Assembly: GCF_009914755.1 (NCBI RefSeq)
Contig: NC_060942.1
DNA: 64,000 bases
Origin: the human T2T-CHM13v2.0 reference genome, Homo sapiens
Direction: 5' to 3' (one strand)
Both the position numbers and the translations under genes were made by a program. The notes beneath the pieces are model-generated. The model was not told the origin of the DNA and made no database searches. It worked only from the letters and a program-made list of their open reading frames with translations. Within the stretch, counting starts at the first letter, position 1, and each line of letters starts with the position of its first letter. Below are positions 13,735 through 27,430 of the stretch, one piece after another.

Positions 13735-14060
13735 TTACAATGATGCTTTTCCCTTCCCTGGTAGGCTGCAATATTTCCCACTTAGTTCCATGCTATCTCA
13801 TAAGAAGTCCTATGGAGGCACCAGCAGATACATGAGAAAAGAATAACAAGAAAAAGGGCTTTGCAAGAAAGCACTACAAATGAACACCTGGATGCTCTGA
13901 GTGAGAGCTTGCCCATCTCAGAATTTTACTGTGCATGGACCCACACTATGCTCACGTCTCGCCGTTAATGGACTGAAATCAGTACTGGGAAGAGGTGGGT
14001 TGTGTGCGGGACACTCTCCCATCAAGGCACAACTTAAATGAACACCTTTCTGCCTCTAAC

Positions 14061-14279
14061 CTGTGGCTCTTGTGCAGCTCGATCACTTTGTCTTCCAGTT
14101 CTTTAGTGTGGTTTGGTGCAAAGCGGAACTCACTAATGTAATCGCTCCCACATTCATCTGGGTCATAGTCTCCGAGCTCTGACTGGACAGTGTAGGAGCC
14201 CAGCAAGGCCAGGGTAACAAAGGAGCAGGGCAGCCTTCCGGACACGATGTCATCTCGCAACTGCAAGCAGAGGTAGTAC
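14061..14279 (-). CDS. EPB41L3: EPB41L3 coding exon (approx. exon 7), 219 nt, phase 2-2, FERM central lobe
   Basis: Acceptor ggaAG|G and donor CAG|GTtaga. Translates [72 protein letters not shown](R). Confidence 0.97.
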
Positions 14280-14676
14280 CTTCCAGGAACCAAAAGCACA
14301 ACACAACGAAGGCAGCATGAGGATACAGGAAAAGGAGGTCGCTTGGTAAAAATCGTGGGCAAATAATTTCTCCCTGTAGAACAGCCTCTCTAGGATAAAT
14401 TTTCTAGCGTCTATATATTTTGATATTTACTTCATACATACTTGTTCTAGATAGAAGGGAAAAATATTTGGTTACAAAAGACAGTATTTAAAGGCATTTA
14501 GAAGCAAGTCGACGTTCATAATAGGGTTTTATTAATAAAGCACAGTCTAAAAGAAACTTAAAGACATATTCTTCTAACATCTTTTAAAATAACTTTTAAA
14601 GTCAAATGAACAGTCCCCAATACAGTTCCTGAAATCCTTGGGTGGGGGAATTATAATGTAAAAATGTTCTTAAGTA

Positions 14677-15858
14677 CAGTTATGTGCCACAAAACGATGT
14701 TGCAGTCAATGATGGACCACATATAAGATGGTGGTCCCATGAGATTATAATGGAGCTAAAAAATTCCTATTGCTTAGTGACGTCATAGCTATCTTAATGT
14801 CATAGCCTAACACATTACTCACGCATTTGTGGTGGTGCTGGTGTAAACAAACCTACATGTATAAAAGACTAGCACATACAATCATGTGCAGAACTTAATA
14901 CTTGATAACAAGTGACTACGTTACTAGTTTATGTATTCACTATGCTATACTTTTTATCATTATTTTAGAGTGTACTCCTTCTATTTGTAAAAATAAAAAG
15001 TTAACTGTAAAACAGCCTCTGGCAGGTGCTTCAGAGGTATCAGAAGAAGACACTGTTATCCTAGGAGATGACAGCTTCATGTGTGTTACTGTCCCTGAAG
15101 ACCTTCCAGTGGGACAGGATGTGTAGGCGGTGACAGTGATACTGATGATCTTGACCCTGTGTAGGCCTAGGCTAATAATATATGTGTTTATGTCTTAAGT
15201 TTTTAACAAAAGAGTTTTAAAAGTAAAAACAAATTATAAATTTTAAAAATAGAAAAAAACTCACAGAATAAGGATATAAAGAAAGAAAATATTTTTGTGC
15301 AGCTGTATGATGTGTGTTTTAAGCTAAGTGTTACAAGAGTCAAAAAGTTTAAAAAGTAAAAAAATTACAGTAAGCTAAGGTTAATTTATTATTGAAGAAA
15401 GAAATTTTTAAAAATAAATTTAATGTGGCCTAAGTATACAGTGTTTATAAAGCCCACAGTAGTGTACAGTAATGTCCTGGGCCTTCCCATTCACTCTTCA
15501 CTCACTCACTGACTCATTCAGAGCAACTTCCCGTCCTGCACGCGCCATTCATGGTAAGTGGCCTACACAGGTGTACCATTAAGAAAAATCTTTTATATTA
15601 TATTTTTATTGTACGTTTTCTATGTTTAGATACACAAATACTTACCATTGTGTTATAATTTCCCACAGTATTCAGTATAGTCACATGCTCTACAGGTTTC
15701 TAGCCTAGGAGCCATGGGCTTTATCCTAGAGCCTAGATGACTAGCAGGCTCTACCATTTAGCTTTGTGCAAGTCCACTCTTAAGATGTTCACACAACAAC
15801 AAAATCATCTAAAGATGCATTTCTCAGAATGTATCCGCATTGTTAAGTGACATGACTG
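14677..15858 (+). mobile_element. Tigger3/Golem-type (MER7 group) non-autonomous DNA transposon, about 1.18 kb
   Basis: Terminal inverted repeats cagttatgtgccac...gtgacatgactg, preceded by TA. Internal text typical of Tigger3b. Strand nominal. Confidence 0.85.
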
Positions 15859-16497
15859 TGTGATTATTAGGCCCCAATTAGCCTTATGGAAGTATTTTGA
15901 TATTAAGGTGACAGGTCTTACTATACGAGCAAAACAGATTTCAGGTAACTCAATAGCTATGTCATTATAAACTTCACTCTCAATTTCCTGCATTCTTAAT
16001 GAGGTAGTCTCTTTATAATAACACAATTTCTCCTGTTTTCAGTTCTCATTTTTAGAATTTAGATAGCTTCTTAAAATCTATCTAAGATATAAAGAATTCC
16101 TACCTTAAAATTCGAGAATCTTGTCCCCATAAATAAACAGTTTTAAACTGGAGAAATTAACATTTTCCATATAATTTTGCCATATCATAAAAATATGACC
16201 TACATAAAAATATGTTGATTTGTCTTCTCCGTTATTTTGCTTTTGAGACTTACAGATAAATTACTAACTGCCAAAGACCCCAAGGTAAGTGTTAACATTG
16301 ATGAGTTTTAATAATCCCAAGCACAGCCTAGTATATGGATAGAACAAAGCACACCTGGTACTTTGTATATAAGAAATGAACTGTTCATCTATGGAAGCAG
16401 AGGACTATGAGAAAGTTTAAAGGTCCCCTCTAAATATGATTTTAGGCAAGTGACATAAATCCATGTAATTATGACAAAAAAATCCTTAAACATTTAA

Positions 16498-16865
<368 letters not shown>

Positions 16866-17269
16866 CACCATGAACTACATTTTCAAATCCAGGTATATGT
16901 GGGCTCTAAAACCACAAATTAGCCAAAATAAAACAGTTCTTCAATAGCAACTAAAAACTATCTTTAAATAAGAAATTATAACTTTTCTCTGATTTATTGC
17001 AATATAAAAAATCCTCTGGAACTAATTTTTACCCTTCTCTTAATATGTCTGGTGAAATTATTTTTAACTGTAGCAAGTGATTGAAGTTGTTTTGAGTAAT
17101 TTCCCTTTTCTGTAAAGCCCTCCAAAAAGAATGCAAAGCTTACACAGAAAATTCTGCATACACTGCACAAAATTGCTTTGACTGGTCATAAACTTACTAC
17201 GGAGCTGAGCAAGAGAGTAGGGGTTCTAAGGTGAATGGAGAGAAGCCTAGAAGGTCAGAGCACACCAGA

Positions 17270-17632
17270 ACAATGAACTGAGTGTCTGTGTCTCCTCCCC
17301 TCCAAATCCATATGTTCGAATCCTACCCTCAAGGTGATGGGATCACAAGGTGGGGGTCTCTGGGAAGTGATTAGGGTGGAGCCCTCATGAATGGGATTAG
17401 TGCCCTTACAAGAAAGGCTGGAGAGAGAGAGACCCCCTCACCCTTTCACCACATGAGGACACAGTAAGAAGTCAGCATTCTGCAACCCAGAAGCAGATCC
17501 TCACCAGGACCTGACCTGCGGGCACCCTGATCTCAAACTTCTAGTCTCCAGAATGGTGAGAAATAAGTTTCTATTGTTTATCAATCAACCACCCACTTTA
17601 TAGTATTTTGTTACAGCAGCCCAGACTAAGAC
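17270..17632 (+). mobile_element. MaLR solo LTR (MLT1A-like)
   Basis: ccaaatccatatgtt...gggtggagccctcatgaatgggattagtgccctta...gttacagcagcccagactaagaca. Confidence 0.85.
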
Positions 17633-18192
17633 ATCCAGTACAGCTTTATAATGAGATCCCCTTTCACACTCAAAGCTGTTACCAAACTGAAATATTTTAA
17701 TGTTTTGATTTCTTGCTTAATATCTTCTTTCTAGAAAACAAATTAATCATTTTCCTTGTATATACAGGACATAGAAATTAAACACTTAAATTTATGTGTG
17801 TGTGTATGTGTTGGTTATATAAAAAGCACAAGCATCCAAGGACATTTTTACTCTAAGTATTAAAGCAGAAAAACTAAGAGCTGCTATATCATACAAGGCT
17901 GAATTCCATCCAATTTGACTATGGTAGGTGGATGACAGTATCTCAGTTCTGCAAGTTTTCCCACCAGGGTCAAGCAGAGGGAATATCAGCCTGGCACCAA
18001 AGATTCAACAGTGAAAAGATAGGAACTGGCAAATCTCATCAGATGTTTGCTCTCGTTCATTTGCCTTTTGTTTGCCATTTGAGCGTGGATGATTGTAAGG
18101 CTACCAGATGTAAGCACGCTCTTTCCGGAGCATTTAAGAGAAGCACAACTCTCCCAATATGCTTGTCTTTTGCATAGCCAACTTTCAAATAC

Positions 18193-18268
18193 CTGGTGAT
18201 ATCTTCAGATAGTTGGGCAGGGTCTGGTGGATAAAATTTCACATTAAATGAAAAGTGCCAAGCACCAC
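18193..18268 (-). CDS. EPB41L3: EPB41L3 coding exon (approx. exon 6), 76 nt, phase 1-2
   Basis: Acceptor ttgcAG|GT and donor CAG|GTattt. Translates (S)[24 protein letters not shown](R). Confidence 0.96.
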
Positions 18269-20202
18269 CTGCAAGGATGGAAAAAAATTAGAGTAAAACC
18301 TTGAGAAATTCTTATGACTCTAATCGATGGCCAGAACTGCCTTAACTCCAAGCATTAACACCCAGGCAACTTTTGACCATTAATGGAAAACTGGGAAACC
18401 TTGGTCACATGAAATCTACAGATAAGTCTGAAACCTTGTCTAACTTCTAATCTTCTTCCCAATCAAATCCTTTATTGGTACTTTTAACTAGTATGGAAAC
18501 TGATCAAACTTCCTACCCTTTTCAGAATCAAAGGTAAGCAAGCACTTGGAAGAAGGAAAAAACATGAGTGACACGAATAATCTTCAATCAGATAAGTCTG
18601 GGAGTGGCTGGATTTATTGCTGCGAATTTCTGCATAGCTCACAGATCAACACCACAATCATAATTCCCATTTTCTTTGTCCTTTCTGCTCTGTTATTACA
18701 GGTCATATCCAATTATAATAAATGTCAAGGGACTATTCAACATACGTTTATTTTATGGGAAAGGTTTGTTGCAGTGAACAGTGTTCTAGTAAGTGGGCTG
18801 CTCTGTGGGCTGTTGAAAATTATTTTCTTGCTCAGGGAAATTTTTGATGAAATAGGTACTTGAATGTATTTTCTGCATATTGCCAAATTTTGCACCTGCA
18901 CCTCCTCAGCCTGAGACTTAGCCAGATCCTCTTTATGCTTTGCAATCTTTATCCTGTGGCCTCTACTCAAGGCCTCTCCAGCACTGAAAAGGGTCAACCA
19001 GGAGTCAGCTCACAAGTATCTACTCTCTGTATTGTCAACACATATCCTTGAAACATTATGAAGCCTTAACTAAGCTCCACATCTCATTAACACTAACTCT
19101 AATTGTATATGGTTTATCAATATAAACATGGAAAATACCCTTTTCTTTTTTTCCACATTTACTATGTGATCATTACTGTATTCACTCTGTTCTTCCGGCC
19201 TTCAAATGCAGTAACTTACCAAAGTCTGGGTATCTCTTCTCTGTGGTGCTGTTCATATTTGTTCCCTCTACCCAAGAGGTACACTAGAGCCTAGGTCCTG
19301 CTTGTATTTCGAATGGTTTACTGAAAAATTCCTCCCAGTCCCCCAGGCTTCCACCCTGGAGGTCTTTCACCCATGCCTCACCCAGCGGCCACCGACTTGC
19401 CCTTACTCTAGGATTCTGACTTCACAGTCCACCCCTTATGCTTCCAATACTCTCCCAAGACTTCCAAATCTCCCTGTCTCTCCATTAAATGACTTCTGGA
19501 AACTCCATTGCTCCATGAGCCCTTCCCAAACATTCAGAAGAAGGTACAGTACTGTATTTCCTAGCTCCTTTCTCTGAACTGTTCTCTTGCATCTGAGGCA
19601 ATACTTAGCTTCATCAGTTTCTTACATTCTGTCATAAATGGCATAGATCCATCCATGTATTAGTTATAGTTAATTCTTAACACTACCATTGACATCACAT
19701 TTAAGATTCCACATGGCAGGAACTCTACCTGAGGTGCCCTATAAAGGATTTACCATAGGACCAGGCATTAGTGGGAACTTAATATCATTTTTAAACCATT
19801 CAAAATATATCTGTCAGTCAAACACATTTTCGTAATTGTTTTTCCCACTGTTCTCAAAAAAGTACTTCTGCTTTTCCAAAAATATTCTGATTTGGTTTTA
19901 TTTTCTTATTGATTCCTATTCACTTCCTATTAAAATAGATCCCTTCAACGCTTGCCAGTGGTAAGGTTCATAATGAGATCTGGCTTTCCCCCAAGCAAGT
20001 GGAATTAAAACTAATGGATTAGTTATGGGAAATGGATTTATTGCTCTTTTATAATTTTTATTCACTTCAAAGCAGGCCCTGAATCCAATGAATAGTTTAG
20101 CAATGTAATTATACAATCTTATAATAAATATCCAAGTTAGACACTAATAAGTAATAAAAAATACAGAAAAGACATTTAATGCAAAAATCCTCATTCTAGG
20201 AA

Positions 20203-20397
20203 AGCAAGTTTCAACCTATAGTGAGCCGAAGAAATACCTGAGGTACTTGTTAAAAATGCCAATTCCCAGGCTCCACCCCAGAGATTTTTATTCCAGAGAT
20301 TTGGAGTATGGCCTAGGAATCGATGGCTTGAATAAGCTTCCTTATGTTTCTAATAATAAAAATGGGCTTTGGAACCACATTTTGAAAATCACTACTG
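20203..20397. mobile_element. MER5-type hAT fossil
   Basis: cttgttaaaaatgccaattcccaggctccaccccagagatt...tttgaaaatcact. Confidence 0.7.
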
Positions 20398-21040
20398 CTA
20401 CTAAGGAATCTACTTCCCTAAGGTTATAACACACAAAAAACACATCTTTCAGGACAGTATTTTGAAACAATGGGAAAGTGTACAGAAACTATAATACAAT
20501 CTACACCCCAATAAAGAAAAAAAAGTCCAGTTAAATGGGGCATAACACTAGAAATTAAGGAGAGAGGCAGATTAAAGCTCAAATACATATCCCCATAAAG
20601 AATATGACAGAAACAAATCCACTGAGAAGGAAGTGCTTACGCAATAAATAAGTTTGCAACTCTACATCTGCTCAAATGAGGGCCCTAGTTAGAAAGAGGA
20701 AATGAAACAGCTTGAACACATTAAAATGAATATTTCTATAATGCTGATGTGGAATTTTAAGTTACAAATTTATGATAAATAGAAAATTATAACACTGATG
20801 ATAGTTCATTCTTATGAAAAATTTCTAATGTTAGTCTTTTATGCCAGACAAATCTTAAAATTTCTAATATACTGCATTTATATCATAAAAGTGCGATATA
20901 TGCTCTATGTCATAAAATTACTGTATCATAAACATACTTAAAATCACAAAATATAGTCTATTTAGAAATTTTAAGATCCTGCATGCTTAAAAGATGACTG
21001 GAATAAGAATTTTTTTCATAAGAACTCTTCAGTTTCAAAA

Positions 21041-21333
21041 TTTTGTTTTTTAGAAGCAGGGTCTCACTCTGACACCCAGACTGGAGTGCAGTGGCACAAT
21101 CACAGCTCACTGCAGCCTTGAACTCCTGGGCTCAAGTGATCCAACCCCCTCAGCCTCCCTAGTAGCCAGGACTAACTAACTACAGGCATGTGTCTCTGCG
21201 CTCAGCTAATTAAAACAATTTTTTAAAAAAATAGAAACAGGGTCTCATTATGTTGCCTAGGCTGGGCTTGAACTTCTGGCTTCAAGTGGTCCTCCTGTCT
21301 TGGCCTCCCAAAGAACTGGGATTACAGGCATGA
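21041..21333 (-). mobile_element. AluJ, slightly 5'-truncated
   Basis: cagggtctcactctg...cacagctcactgcagccttgaactcctgggctcaag. Degenerate TSD agtttcaaaatttt / agttttagaatttt. Confidence 0.9.
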
Positions 21334-21522
21334 AGTTTTAGAATTTTCTATTTATCATAAATTTGGACTTAAGATATTTGTTAGCTCGGTTTCCATTTTC
21401 TTAGAGATCTCATTCTAAAGGAATACTGTGAGCCCACAGCATAAAAAGCATGGAAACATCCTTTTATCATTTATATTTTGGAAGTGGAGATGATGGTACA
21501 ATAATTACATTAGATAAGGTAA

Positions 21523-21921
<399 letters not shown>

Positions 21922-22969
21922 TCGAATTCCATTTTTAAAGAAATTCCAACTTTCCTTATCTCCTTTATCTGCAAGACTGTCAGTTTTCTTTATGGCAAAG
22001 TCATATACACTGCCTAATCTGCATGATAAAAAAATCTTTTAAAACTCTTGTTTTGATTGTCTTGTCCCTTTAGCTTTCTTCTCTTTGAAAGGATGGTAGA
22101 AGACACTATAAATGGGAAGTTAAAGAAAAAATGAATCCTATTAATAACAAAAAAGAAAATTAGTTTATACAGCCTTTCCTGTCATGGTATTATGACTTAT
22201 CCTTGAACATTTTATATATTTTCAAAGTACTTTGCAATTATTAATCAGCTCAGTATTCCATTAATTAGATGAATAAGAGAACTTTATGCACACAAAATGT
22301 TAGGATATATATTCAGCATGTCTATTTTAGTAACTCTTTAATACTCCTTAGAAAAATATTTATCTTAATTTTTTTCTTAGGATTCCTCAGAACAAAAAAT
22401 AAGTAGTGTTTTCACCTATTTATCACAACTACAGCTATCCCTGGTTTCCATCTCAATTAACTGTTTCTATTAACCTAATTTGTTATCAAGTTTCTGGGTA
22501 GTGGATACATCAAATTTCCCTCAAACATACGGTAAAGATGTCTTAATTGTATAAATAATCACCCGACTCTCTTATATCTAGAAGTATGGTTATACTTTTG
22601 TCTTTCTGGGATATTACCTAGTATTGAACCATTTCCAAACTGCTCACTAGTGATTATGTTTTATTAGTACTTGGGGTATTATTTTGATAGCTCACGACTT
22701 TCAAAGGCACTGAGAAGTATTTGCTTGCTCTTTTAATAGTAAACTGTTGAAAAGTTTTACTTATTGAAATGGGAATGATGTTCTTATTAATAAACTGCTC
22801 TTAAATGTGTTCTTTAACTAGAATTAGTTGTTTGGAAGAATTTAGACTTTACTGACAAAAATATGAATAAAAACGTAGTTATTTTAAATTAGTATCCATG
22901 TTTGCGGCAAAAGTAAGAGCTATCGGAAAGGGTAAAAAAATTTTAAAAACTCCTCCTTCTCAACCCCGA

Positions 22970-23560
22970 CACTGGATGATACTGCTGGAGTAATTACTAT
23001 TAAAACCTTCCTGCCTTCCAAAAGTTTTCCATGCATCTATACAGACATAATTTTTTAAAAACAAACGTGATTATGCTATAGATAATATTTTGCAAACTGA
23101 TTTCCACTAAAGAGAGCTAAGATGTATTTATATGGCTCTTCCATGATTGACTTAATAATTTCTTTATACATGGATAATTAAGGTGCTTCTAGTTTTCTGC
23201 TACTGTAAATAGTAATATAATGAAACTTCATTTGCTATACAAATGCACATTTTCCTCATTAATAGATATGCTGAATAAATTTCCACAAGTGAAATTAAGG
23301 GTCAAAAAGTACAGCTTAAATTTTAATATTGACAATTGCCCTCTGAAATGATTGAACCAACTTACTCTACCAATTGAGTAAATAAGTGCTATAGTTTATT
23401 ATTAAACCCTAATTCTTTGTTAATCTGAATAGGTGAAAAATGTGTCATTTTAATTTGCATTTAATCATTAGTAAAATTTAGCAACTGTTTAAGACTTATT
23501 AGCTACTTGTATTTTAAATTTGTGACTTGCTCATGCAATTGTTTGGTCCATTAAAATACG
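22970..23560 (-). mobile_element. Old L1 (L1M) 3' fragment, heavily decayed
   Basis: Reverse L1M motifs (...ttccacaagtgaaattaagggtcaaa..., gtgtcattttaatttgcattt). Boundaries approximate. Confidence 0.55.
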
Positions 23561-23995
23561 TATTTTTCAAATTGCCTTCAGGGGACCAGGAAAAGAGGTT
23601 GTTACCAGACAGTAAACCTCAGTTTGACTTGTTATTCCTTTTCAAAGCTATGAAATGATTATGACTTTCATCTGGCCTTTCATACTTTTGTGACTGTTGG
23701 AACATTAATAATTCAGTTTGGAAGTTTTAAATGGTTAATTGCCAATTCTAACATCAGTTGATTAAATCATATACTTGACATCCATTCACAGGCAGAGAAA
23801 CAGGCCAAGCATCACGGTCCCTTTAACTCCAAGTTGTGACAACTACAAAATGAATACTATCGGAATTGCCAGATCAAATTTGAGATAAGAAAAGCTTGTA
23901 TTCACACTAGCCACTTAGGTATGGGCTACCAATTCAGACAACTTGCTCTCTGAAAACCTTCACATTTCCACAAAAAATAATCCAAAAGAACTTAC

Positions 23996-24038
23996 TTCGA
24001 ACCTGTTTTTTTATTTCCTTAGCAGGGTCCAACCAATT
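23996..24038 (-). CDS. EPB41L3: EPB41L3 coding exon (approx. exon 5), 43 nt, phase 0-1
   Basis: Acceptor tttcAG|AAT and donor CGAA|GTaagt. Translates NWLDPAKEIKKQVR(S), the FERM WLD motif. Confidence 0.96.
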
Positions 24039-25297
24039 CTGAAAAGGAAATGACATTTTGAATTTGAATCAGAGGAGAATAAAAATGACTTAATGTTGAT
24101 TAGGTACAGACTCTCCCTAAATGCAGTGCGGAGTTAGTGGTCGTGGGAAGGCTTCCCTTACTGTGGTCCTTCCCCCACATCTGGTGCCCCTCTGCCAAGC
24201 CCTCCAAGGGCCCAGGCACTGGTCTAATGAGAAAATGCACATGTATGCAGTTTGGGCCTGACAAAAGTCTTTTTCTTTTATAACCATTGCCTTCAGGGAT
24301 TCAAGCTAGCACAGAAAAAGAGGGGAAAAGACAGAAGAGTCTATGTTCAGACAAGTTACTAGGATAAATTAAAAATATATGTAACTGGATACACTGATAT
24401 CCTAGCCATTCAGTTCCACATTAGAGACTTCTGCAATAAAAGATCCTTAGGCATCTACCTAGGAAGCTTCCCTAACAAATCAATAGTTGCCTGTGATTTC
24501 CGATTTTCCTCATTGGTAAAATCAGATGTTTAATAATGAAGTGAGGCATTGTCTGGAGAATTCAGGAGGTATTAAGGATGATTTATGGCACAACACCAAA
24601 ATGAGTAACAACTATGAGCAAAATTTCTGACTCAGCTTCCAGTGTCAATGCAATGGAAACGATTTCCTTTTCTGTATTTCTCAGGTAGTTGCGTGGATTA
24701 AGGAGATACAGCCCTGAACACAGTCTACAGAGGTATTGCATTAAACATAAAACATCTACTAAACATATTAGACAAGTGTCAGGTCAGCACACAATCCCCC
24801 TCATATTCTGATTCAGAAACATTATGAAAGCATAAAAAGATAAATGAAAAATAGGACAGCAGCAATGGTGAACTGCCCTGACAGTTTATGGGTTACAATC
24901 ATAATATCGTCATAGAATTTTGGGATATGAGCATGATTTTTACATAAATATCAATTGATTTTCATTGGTTCAAATAATCTACTGAAACACATTACTCCCC
25001 CCAACCCCACCCCGGCAAAAGGAACCACATAAAATGCTTTCCAGGAACCACAAATAATTCAAGCATGAAAAACAAGGCTTCATTTACTGTTACCAGAATA
25101 TTCAAGATTAAAGGAAGCTGTCAGTGATTTCCTTCATCAAGGAATAGATGATTAACAGCATTTACAGACTCAAAGTAGAAAGTGTGGGAGAATGAAGGGA
25201 GGTGGAGAAAGTGATCCACCCATTCAGTTTCAGTTCACTTTCTGGCAGTAATGAGCAGTTCAAGCCATCTTATTTTGCATTGCTTTTGATCACTCAC

Positions 25298-25402
25298 CTT
25301 CTGGTTTTCAGCATCTCGATACGTAAGCCCAAAGTAGTCTTTCTCTAGCAAGTTCAAGTGTTCACACACTTTATCAAACAGCACTTGTCCTCTGGAGCGT
25401 TT
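25298..25402 (-). CDS. EPB41L3: EPB41L3 coding exon (approx. exon 4), 105 nt, phase 0-0, FERM N-lobe
   Basis: Acceptor ctgtAG|AAA and donor AAG|GTgagt. Translates [35 protein letters not shown] (band 4.1 signature). Not in the ORF track; read by hand. Confidence 0.97.
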
Positions 25403-25821
25403 CTACAGAAAACAGAATAGCAAAGCAAGTCAATACAACACAAAGAAAGTTCTCCCAAATATCAGAGATAAAACCAGGTAATATTTAAAACATTGCTTGG
25501 TGTAACTTTAGGGAGTGACCAACAGTGTGATCACATTGCCATCTCCTGTTTAAGTGCAAAAATGGCTAAAAAATGGCAGGGGAGGGCGAAGGCTTCAACC
25601 TACAAAAGCCCACCCCACAAATAAACAAAAGCAAAGTATCAACAGCGCTACTTAGTATGTACAGGTGACCAGTGGGTGATTTCTAAATGGAAGCAACTGG
25701 GGAAAATAATGTGATGCTTGGAAGCCTAAATATGTGAAACATAAAAATTCTGACAGTGAAAGAGTACATAACAAACCAACAAAAGCCATAATGCAGAGTG
25801 CCCTAACTCAATTATCTAGAT

Positions 25822-26161
25822 CAGGAGTCCTCAGCCCCTGGGCCATGGACGGTTACTGGTCCATGGTCTGTTAGGAAGAGGGCTGCACAGCAAGAGGTGG
25901 GTGGCAGGCGAGCAAGCATTGCCAACCTGAGCTCCGCCTCCTGTCAGATCAGTGGCAGAATTTCATTCTCATAGGAGTTCGAACCCTATTGTGAACTGTG
26001 CGTGCAAAGGATCTAGGTTGCGCGCTCCTTATGAGAATCTAATGCCTGATGATGTGAGGTGGATCAGTTTCATCCCAAAACCATCCTCCACCCCAGTCCA
26101 TAGAAAAAAAATGGTCTTCCATGAAACTGGTCCCTGGTGCCAAAAAGGTTGGGGACCGCAG
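25822..26161 (+). mobile_element. MER1B-type hAT-Charlie MITE
   Basis: caggagtcc...ctgagctccgcctcctgtcagatcag...ggtgccaaaaaggttggggaccgcag. Flanks atctagat / ctctatga resemble the hAT NTCTAGAN target. Confidence 0.88.
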
Positions 26162-27048
26162 CTCTATGAGATAAACTTCTGAGCCTGAGAAGAATTAACC
26201 CTGCTCCTTGTCTTAGGCAGACTCTCACTTAAAACCTATCCCAAATCCTTAGTTAGAAATTCTAAGGACCACTTTCTAAAATCCATTAAACAAATTTCAT
26301 TATTTTTGTTTTGTTTTTCTTTTGTCACAAATTTCAGTTTATACAGAGTTTTTCTCTTAACTTTTTTAGAGCAAATCCTTATTAAACATAACAAAATATT
26401 CAGTTTAAAGAATACTTGAGTTATCATATATAAATACAAAATAGGGATATATGAGTTATATTTCTGACCATCAAGCCAGCATCTGGAGAAAAAGATGGTC
26501 ATTTGGAAAAAAAATTCATCAGCTTAATTTATTGTGACGTATCATTTTTTCACCTAATCCTTCAAAGGCCTTTAAACATAGTCATGAAGTCTGTGACGAA
26601 TTAACTGACAACAAATAAACTAAATGAGTTTTTTGTTTGTGCGCTACTAACATTTTACATCTAATACATTAAGCATATTTGTCTTTAAGAGTTAATGTAA
26701 TACCAATGAGAAATATGAAAATTGATCAACTATGTCTATGCCAAAATAATAAGCATTCAAAAGACCTGTGAGTCGTGTGTTGTGTTATAGTGCAGCTGTA
26801 ATTATGCTGAAAGCAATTACGCAGTCCCCTCAAGCATGACTATTTAGGAGAAAAGGCAAATTTATGGTAGAAAAGTAAGGCCTAAATCATAGCTAGCTAA
26901 ATAATCGATGATGTATTTGGAAAAAACAGTTCCATAAAGTATTATGAAAATAAATTACTCGTTAGCAAAACTACATAATAACATTGCTCATCGGCTATGA
27001 ATAAATATTTCGACAATGAAGCGCCTGCTTGCTGGTTTAAATCATTTG

Positions 27049-27114
27049 TTTATAAATAACAGCATATTATTTCTGAATAATATTTATAAATAACAGCATA
27101 TTATTTCTGAATAA
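27049..27114. repeat. Tandem duplication, 32-nt identical unit, period 34
   Basis: tttataaataacagcatattatttctgaataa x2, separated by ta. Confidence 0.92.
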
Positions 27115-27214
27115 GCCTTCACAAATTATGAAGTTTTCACAAAAATTGGTTCTTCTGATGCTTCTATTGGTATGATCTCTAGTTCACAGGTAAGAACAGA
27201 GGTTCAAAGCAGTT

Positions 27215-27430
27215 GGATGAGAGAGGCAGACTTATGTGATGACCTGGGAAGTAGCTTTAGAATCAAGTAAACCTGTGCTTGAATCTTCAGGATGTCCCTT
27301 GCAGCTATGTAAAATGGGTATGACACTACTTACTTCTTTGGAATGGATGACATTAAAATCAAATAATGTATTCAAATGTGGCCTAGTGGTGGCATATATT
27401 AAGCATTCCATAGATGTCAGCTATTATTAT
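27215..27430 (+). mobile_element. MIR SINE
   Basis: cctgtgcttgaatc...tgtaaaatgggtatgac...gtggcatatattaagcattccatagatgtcagctattatta. Confidence 0.65.
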
